Shown here in pieces: positions 55,986 to 64,000 of a stretch of DNA of 64,000 nucleotides. The number at the start of each line of letters is the position of its first letter. Position 1 is the stretch's first letter. Source of the stretch: Azolla caroliniana. Lineage: Eukaryota > Plantae > Polypodiophyta. A model generated the notes under the pieces. It was not told the origin of the DNA. It did no database searches and worked only from the letters and a program-made list of their open reading frames with translations. The position numbers and the translations under genes are program-made. The DNA is taken from positions 7,068,001-7,132,000 of the forward strand of contig JBHGNT010000015.1 of NCBI GenBank assembly GCA_043228905.1, in the 5' to 3' direction.

Positions 55986-58290
55986 ATCTTGATGCTGAAG
56001 TTACCAAGGTTTGAATGCATTCCAAGTTACTGTAACAAGGAGTGTGGATGCCAAGTTTTGTTGTGCTTGGATGAAGCAGCTTTTCTAGGAAAAATCTAGG
56101 ATCAAGGTTTTTTCATCCTTTTTAATGCGTAATCAAAATCAAGTGCTGCTTTCTTTGTGAAACTTCAGGCAGAGTATCACCTTTCATCATAGTGTTTTCG
56201 GTTGTGTATTGTTTGGAGACAAGTAATTTGAATAGGTGCAGTGCTTGAGGAAGATACTGCACATTTGTAAAGGCTTATATAACAGGTTTTGTCATCTTTT
56301 CAGTGGGTTTTCGTTTAGGAGCCATTGTTTTACTATCCCCATCATGTACGGCTTTACTATCCTTTTTGTATAAGGTTGCATTTAACAACGTTAAAAGGTT
56401 AAGGAACTCAATACTGAGTGGAGATAGTAGCTTATTTTGGATGGTAAAATGGATGATTGAGGCCTCATAGTGGCTAATATCAATACTGGATGCTCGTTTA
56501 GCATTTAAATGCTGGGAATTCATTATGCCACAGAGATTGACAACCGTTCAGAGCACAAGAAGTATGGTAATTCTATTCCAACAAAGGGAATTGTGTGCAG
56601 GACTCTTGTACTGGAGTTAAGGGAGACTATATTTCAATTATAAGTCAAAACCTGACTCTGTTTAAAATGCCATTTCTGGTTTTGTATACCTCATCAGTAT
56701 GATCATACTTGGTCGTCATTCCATAGTTGATGGATGTGTATGTGTGCGTTGGTAAATGTATACATATTTTGTGACTTGTGTATGTAAATATGAACGTGGA
56801 AACCGGTTATTTTTGTTATCCTAAATTGTTAGAAGATGGAGCTAGATGATAAAAATGTGTTATTTGAATGTCAAATTACCTGAATGGTGTTGGCTTTAAC
56901 TCATTTCAGAAGGCAAATGATTAGGTTTTGTAGCAAGTTTAAGCAAAATAATTAATAGGTGAATTGTTGACCCCCTTGTAGTTGTATGTTTGGTCGAGGA
57001 TGGAAAGCTTTACCTTGCCCCTATAATGTGTTTGGTTGCCTTTCGTATTCTGCTCTATGTATGCTACACTGTTGGAAATGAGGTTTTGTTTAATGGTCTG
57101 CATGGGGCATTGTAACATTGAGGACAATTTATTTCGTAGTCCTTGCATATGGGGTATTGTAAAACGTGTGAAGATTCAAAGGACAATTTGTTTGAGCTTT
57201 AGGGCAGCTTGCCCCAAGGGAGGAAACTTTCCCTCTTGTTTGTAGGGGCTCTAGTTAGGTTATGGCATGTATCTAGAAAGTAGGATTTTGTAGTGCCATC
57301 CTAGAGCTGGGGTTAAATTTTGTATGCTCAATGTAACAATGTATTCATATAGTCAATCAATTTGCTCCAATGAATGTCAGTCACTCATGTTGAAAGTTCA
57401 GGCAATTCTACAAAATAAAGACAAACCATGTTTAAACAAAATACAATGTGAAGCAAAAGCCCCAAAGATATATTGACAGCAGATCTCTCTTCGAACAAGA
57501 TTAAATATTGAAAAGAACATACAAATGATTTATATGTAAACCACCATTATGCAACGACTGCTGGAGTGAAGACCTAAAAGTTTTAACATAGCAAATAGCT
57601 TTGTGGAGAGAATTACCCACTCCAGGAAGCACCTGAGCTTTTTTTTGTAACACACTACCACATGAAACTTCAATGTGAGGTTGGAACCCCACAAACGAAA
57701 TGACCGGAATGTGTAAATCTGTCTTCAAACAGAACATACAAATGCTTTATATATAGACAACCATTGTCTAAAGACAGCTGGTCAACTAGAATGGTAGGTA
57801 CAGAGAGGGAAAGATGCAGAATCCATAGCAACAGTTTCAAAAAAGGGATGTACAAACAAAGACAATCATTATGTAGGAGACTTTTGGAAGAGCTTAAAAC
57901 CACACTTCCATTTGTGATACAAAGTGCCAAAACTACATAGACCATACACTACTCATTATATTACCAATAGTTTTTTGTTTAATGATTTTCCAGTAGACAT
58001 CTTTACATATCATACTATTGTTATGAAGATTGACAGCCACTGACTTGAGAAGTAAAATGAACTCTTGCTATTCCTACTGAAGGTTTGCAAGACTCGATGA
58101 AAATGTTGGCTCTTCATAATTTATACCAATATCTTTCCATGACAATGGACAAGAAAAGGCTGTACAAAATGTCAGTTTCAACACCAGAATATCATTGATC
58201 TTCTAAGCCATGTAGGCTTTCATGATGAATCACATAAAAGCATGATAACTCTTCATACCATGCTTGTAAAATTATTAACTATGAAAACTT

Positions 58291-61200
58291 TCAAAGAATT
58301 ATTAAAGAATTATAAACAGCAACAGGTTCAGGTTTGACAGCAACGTGCGCATGTTCACTGACCTAAAAAAAGATCAAATCAAGTCTGTTTACACAATGTA
58401 ACCAAACACTACAGATCTGAAAGAGGAGAAATATATCCACTTACTATGGCAGACTTGAAAAGTTCGTCCAAGACCTCAGACAGAGTTGGATGCGCATGCA
58501 CAGCAAATTTGATGTCCTATGTACATTATAAACATCCGCTGGGTATTCATATCTTTTTGTAGGTGAGATGGTGAGAGTTCTCAGTAGATGATACACAATT
58601 TCATACCTTGATTGATGTTCCCATAGCAATTGCATTGGAAGCTTCATGAATCAAATCCGCAGCGTGAAGCCCAAATATATGCACTCCCAAGAGCTCTCCA
58701 TTATCAGATCGGTAGATTAACTACAACATTGAGAATGACATTTCATGACAGACAGACAATAAAGAATCATGTTTAAACATACTGCTTCACAATGTCTGTC
58801 CATGAGCCATCATGCAGTCCCCAACTACCATATTAAAATGTTGGTTGTTAAATAATAGAATAATGTATGAGAAATGCAATTTACGAAGGTGAGTCATAAG
58901 ACCAACCTTGGCAATACCTTCCCCTTCATTTTCAGCTAAAGCTTTCGTGTTAGCTTTAAAGCTGGTCTTGGCAACACTAACTTCAAAACCTTCCTCATGT
59001 GCCTTTTCCCTTGCTTGAGGCTGTACGATAAATAAAACAATCCTCAAATATTTTCAGAAACAAGGCCTTTCCCGTTTTCCAGTTTAAATATGTGAAATTT
59101 CGTGACAAAAAAAAAAGGAATATAAAACAAATCTTTATTATATATAAACCTCAGTGAGTCCAACCATACTGATCTCTGGATGTGTAAAGCATGCAGCCGG
59201 AACACTAAGATGATCGAGGACATAATCATTTCCAGCTATTTGTTCAATAACTGCAAAGAATCCCAGCTCCAGTAGTATTTAACACATCATTTCTACGACA
59301 TGTTCCACAAGAATTTGAAAACCGTTTTCCAAAACAAAAAACCTGATATGCCCTGTGCACTCGCGGCATGTGCAAGCATCATCTTTCCATTGGCATCTCC
59401 GATGCAGAAAAGATTTGGAACCTGCATGCAACCTTACATTATAAAGAAATAGAAAACTGCAAAAGGAAGACAAAAGAACACACAGAAAATGATACCCACC
59501 AAACTCCCACTTGTATCAATTACTCGCATGTGATCATCAACAGGTATAAAACCTCGTTGGGTAGCCACACTAACCTATGTATTCATTCATACATAATTTC
59601 GATATGTCAATATCATGATGTTTAATTTTTAAGCAATCTTTTGGATATGAAATCAAATAGGATATTTGGAATGGTACATTTTCTAGTCCCAATCCTTTTG
59701 TAAATGGTGCTCTACCTGTGGCGATCAGAGCTGCATCAACCTGCATATGTGGTACGCCAACTTTGACTCAAATTTATCATTTAAAAAATCATAACAACCA
59801 TCATACATAAGTACCATGATTGTTTTCTTTATAAACCACAAGAATATCCTAACATACTTAAAATGTACCATTGCATTGTACTCGAATTGATCTAACATAA
59901 GAGCATTCCCAAAATGGTTGAGAGCCAACATTCATAATAGATATATGTTACCTCCAAAGTTTCTCTTGGCTCCTTGGTCTTGCTATCAACCAACTCGATG
60001 AGCACAGGTTTCCCATCCTTTGCTGGAGTGATCTAATAAAATGAAAACAAATAAATAAGAGAAATGGAGTCAAAAATGAAATGAAATGAGATGAAATCAC
60101 CTTTTTGGCAAGAACACCGGTATGGTAATCAATTTTCCGAGGGTTAATTAAAACCCTTTGAGCAAGTTTTGTAATCTCTGGATCAAAGCCCGGCATGAGG
60201 GTATCAAGAGCTTCAACAAAAGTGACCTGTTATACAAGGCACATGATAATACTAAGTTATTATGCATTGGCTTTTGCACACAACATATAGTCATTTCTTT
60301 ACCCACCCTTATTGATGCATTCCAAATATGGGGCAAAATGTGACATATCATCCTTTTAAGTAGCAAGTCATAGATCTAATTAGGATGAATAATAACTCTT
60401 TTCTTAAAGATCATAGACCGTAGACACACTTATTTAATGAAATTTAATATATAAAAACATGTGGTAAAATGTTAAATATCAACAATGATATCCTTTTTCT
60501 CTACTATTTTATTTATGCAATATTCCAAAATACATGAATATGCATGGGCATCGCATATAGATAAAGGAGCTCGACCTCACTCCCAAGGGCTGTATATACA
60601 TCACTAAACTCGAGTCCAATGTAACCACTGCCTATAATCGCAATCCAATCTGGGATCCACTCCAATTTCAGGGCATGGTCACTTGTAATAACTGTTTTTC
60701 CTGCAAAAGTTTCACATATTTGAGTGCAATAAATTTCAATAGCAATAGATAATAATGGACTTTTAACACATACCATCAATTTCTATTCCAGGTGGAACAA
60801 AAGGAATAGACCCTGTCGCAATGATTATATTTTCTGCTGTCACCATCTTGTCGGTATAGCCAACTTTTCCATATTTCACTGTATGAGGGGCCTGGATGAT
60901 TCAACACGTAAATAGATCCAAAAGATTATAAAGAGCACAGCTACATATTCAAAAAGAGACACTTTTTCAGTTTCTAATACTAGACGTATTCTAAACTCTT
61001 TCATAAAGAGCGGCTTCAAATATTTTTCTCTTGTTGTGTTTTCTAATATATTCTACTAAACGTACTCTATAAAGTTTTTCATAAAGAGCAGCATTTTAGG
61101 TGGTTCCAAAGAGAATTCAGCAGTTTGCACACATCCTACGATCCAGAATGTATATGAAAAGAAGTGTATTTTTCTTTCGCACCACAATTGTTCCAACTCC

Positions 61201-62366
61201 AGTCAGGATTTCGACTCCCAGAGCTTTCATTGAGTTTGTAAGGTTTCCTCGGATTCGTGTTGCTAGATTATTTGCATGGTCTGCTACTGCTTGCCTTTCG
61301 TACCCTGCTCCATCCACCTGATAAAAATCACAAAGTCTCACTAAACAAACTCTCTGACACAAAACACACGCATATAAAAGTTTGGAACTTTTTTCTTTCA
61401 AGAAGGCATAGTTTCATCCAGAATAAAGCCCAAAGAGATAATGTGACATCCAAAAATCATGAAATACCTTAATACCAACATCCATAACAAAAGGTATATT
61501 TAGGAATAATTTCAAGAAGGCCTAGATCCATCCAGAATAAAGCCCAAAGCGATAAATTATAATGTGACATCCAAAAATCATGAAATACCTTAATATCCAA
61601 TATCCATAATAATAGGTATATTTAGGAATTTTTAAATAGACTGAGAATAATTTTTAAGTCAATAGCCTCCTAAACAAAACAAAACAATAAAACTAGATAA
61701 TAATGTACCTTGATACCAAGAGCCTTGAGATGGTGCTCATCTTGGAGTTCTCTCATGCGTCCACTAACGGCAAGCAATGCTTTGGATGGTACACATCCCC
61801 TATTCACACAAGTTCCTCCAACCACATCACCTTCTATTATGGCTGTCTTCAAACCCTAGTATCGACATGGAATTGTGAAACAGAACTATTAAACTTTAAA
61901 AAATCTCAATAACTGACCTAGATCAGTAGTGTATCATTATTTGACCAGAAAAAGAGATAGTTACAACATTTGCGATATTGCATCTCATGGCTTGAACAAA
62001 ATGATATATTTATACAATACTTGTTCGGCTTACCTTTTCAACAGCATGCAGAGCAGCACCATGACCACCAACACCAGCTCCAATGATGATCACATCATAA
62101 TCAAATGTTCCGCTACTGTTATTGTTTGTTATTACGTTGTTAGAAGCCATAACTCTCCATAGCAATGAAGAGCCATCGGTTGTCTTTGCTTCATGTTTAG
62201 AATTTGAGGAGAAAGAGTAATCCGTCTTATTGGACTTGAAGGCAAGAGAAGAATGTCTGCGAAAACCGCAAAGAGTAATCCCTCTAGGGCTTTGTACAAG
62301 TTTAGCATGAGAAACAGAGCTTCCAACATATGATGAGGAGAGGTGAAAAGTGGAACAAGTCTCCAT
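58291..62366 (-). CDS. LPD: Plastid dihydrolipoamide dehydrogenase (PDH E3), about 584 aa, 15 exons (62366-62034, 61855-61709, 61317-61183, 60891-60774, 60700-60576, 60226-60101, 60032-59952, 59740-59678, 59574-59500, 59421-59343, 59250-59150, 59020-58907, 58720-58607, 58516-58445, 58362-58291)
   Basis: Ser-rich transit peptide, FAD-binding [12 protein letters not shown], redox-active [18 protein letters not shown]-binding GSGYIGLE and C-terminal HAHPTLSE. Splice phases are consistent. Confidence 0.97.
61415..61629. repeat. Tandem duplication (period about 114 bp) in LPD intron 2
   Basis: CATCCAGAATAAAGCCCAAAG starts at both 61415 and 61529. Confidence 0.9.
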
Positions 62367-62932
62367 ATAGCTCTGATTTTCAATGTTCTGTGAAGAGCAC
62401 TTTCTTCTTCGGGAACTAGTATGTAAATGAATGAGCGAAACAAGAGATTACAGAGGAATGATGGATTTGGGGGGGGGGGGGTGGTTCACTTTGTAGTGCG
62501 TTAATAATAATTATTGATTTAATATGTACATACATGGAAGAAGCCCATGCAAATCCTTATTGAGATTTCTCATGATTCCACAACCCAAAAGTAAAAAGGT
62601 TGGATGCATACCCTCCTCCCTTTCTTCTCTTTTCTTCTTTCTTCATGCAAATCAATAATAGCATGTAACCTTCTCTCTGTGTGAGAGAGAGAGAGCTTAC
62701 ATGTATGCATAGAACGTAATATTCGTGTTCGTGCAAGCATTCCAACGTTTGGAAACGAACACGTTTGAAATGGGAAAAATACGTGCTCCTTTTTCCTTTC
62801 TTTTTTTTCACCTATTATTATTACAATTTACTCACCCTAGTGTTAAGGAGTCATGTCATTGCTGTCTATGTATTGGGTTCGATTCTCGATTTTCTCATCT
62901 CTTTCTCTCTCTCTCATTAGTACCAACCATAT

Positions 62933-63425
62933 CATAGCAAAATTTTATGTTAGTGTTATAATAGCTTTTTTCTTTTGTTCTTTAATTATTACAATTAAGC
63001 ATAACCTAGTGGTAAGTTGTTGTGCTACTATTACTTGTGTCTTGGGTTCAATTCCCAACTTTCTCTTATCCTCTTGTTAGTGTCGTGGCAAATTTTTATG
63101 TTAGTGTCATGTTCCTTTTTCTTCTTTTTCTTTCTTTCTTTGTTATTAGAAATTAGGTCAGTCGAGTGGTAAGTTGTTATGCTACTACTGCTTATTTCAT
63201 GGCAAATTTTTATGTTAGTGTCATGTTCCTTTTTCTTCTTTTTCTTTCTTTCTTTGTTATTAGAAATTAGGTCAGCCGAGTGGTAAGTTGTTATGCTACT
63301 ACTGCTTATTTCATGGCAAAATTTTATGTTAGTGTCATGTTCCTTTTTCTTTCTTTCTTTCTTTCTTTCTTATTAGAAATTAGGTCACCCTAGTGGTAAG
63401 TTGTTATGCTAATACTGCCTATGTC
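62933..63425. repeat. Minisatellite of about 114 bp (3 copies from 63086 plus a diverged copy at about 62933) upstream of LPD
   Basis: TGGCAAA(T/A)TTTTATGTTAGTGTCATGTTCC at 63086, 63200 and 63314. Confidence 0.9.
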
Positions 63426-64000
63426 ATGTTTTCTTCATATTCTCGAATATACGTTTTATGAGTTTTTGAACGTTTGATTATAATTTATAATGACATATTT
63501 TGATTCAATCTCTATAGTTCATACTCATTTTTTTGTAAAGTTCTAAAGTGAGGATGATAGAGATGTCTTGATTTGCATCCCAAAAGTATGCATGTGATAC
63601 AATGCAAATATTGCAACCATACTTATGTTGGTGGTTCACAATGGATTAGAGTCCACTTATTAGGATTGAGCGTGAATCAATATATAATATAGACCCTAGT
63701 CAATCCAATCCAACTTGTCGATCCAATCCAACATTGAGATGATTTACCATACACGTTTGATTGAATCATTCTCGAATGCGAATGCACGTATGATATGTAT
63801 GGTTCATTTTATGCATGTATGTATATATGTGTATATGTACATTATACATATATATGTGTATTATTGTTATCTGCGTGCCGGACTCCGGACAAGTTTCACG
63901 AGTCGCCTCTCGTTTGAAGGAGTAGAGCAATGCATTGCCGATGCTTACTTAAAGACATGTGACATTGGACGATATGCTAAACCCATAATGTTGGATCTCT

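Overview
Land-plant nuclear DNA with spliceosomal GT-AG introns and many (AG)n/(GT)n microsatellites. The Copia gag and LINE types look fern-like to me, but the taxon cannot be proven from this sequence. More than half the window is nested, decayed transposable elements: at least seven Ty1/Copia units or fragments, two LINEs, two solo/orphan LTRs and a hAT MITE. Five host genes could be assembled by hand: a 2-exon putative mitochondrial ribosomal protein (16447-17636 +), an intronless secreted-peptide precursor with a CEP-like C-terminus (19523-19978 +), a 6-exon conserved plant protein of unknown function (26076-23420 -), MSI1 (53028-55985 +) and plastid dihydrolipoamide dehydrogenase (62366-58291 -). 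Four observations stand out: (1) the CEP-like/DY-motif peptide precursor; (2) a nested Copia whose LTRs are more diverged than those of its RT-less host, suggesting composite 'piggy-back' transposition; (3) a circularly permuted one-LTR Copia with a half-tRNA primer site; (4) a conserved basic extension between duplicated PPTs downstream of RNase H. Exon boundaries and mismatch counts are manual, and family names come from recollection, not database searches.
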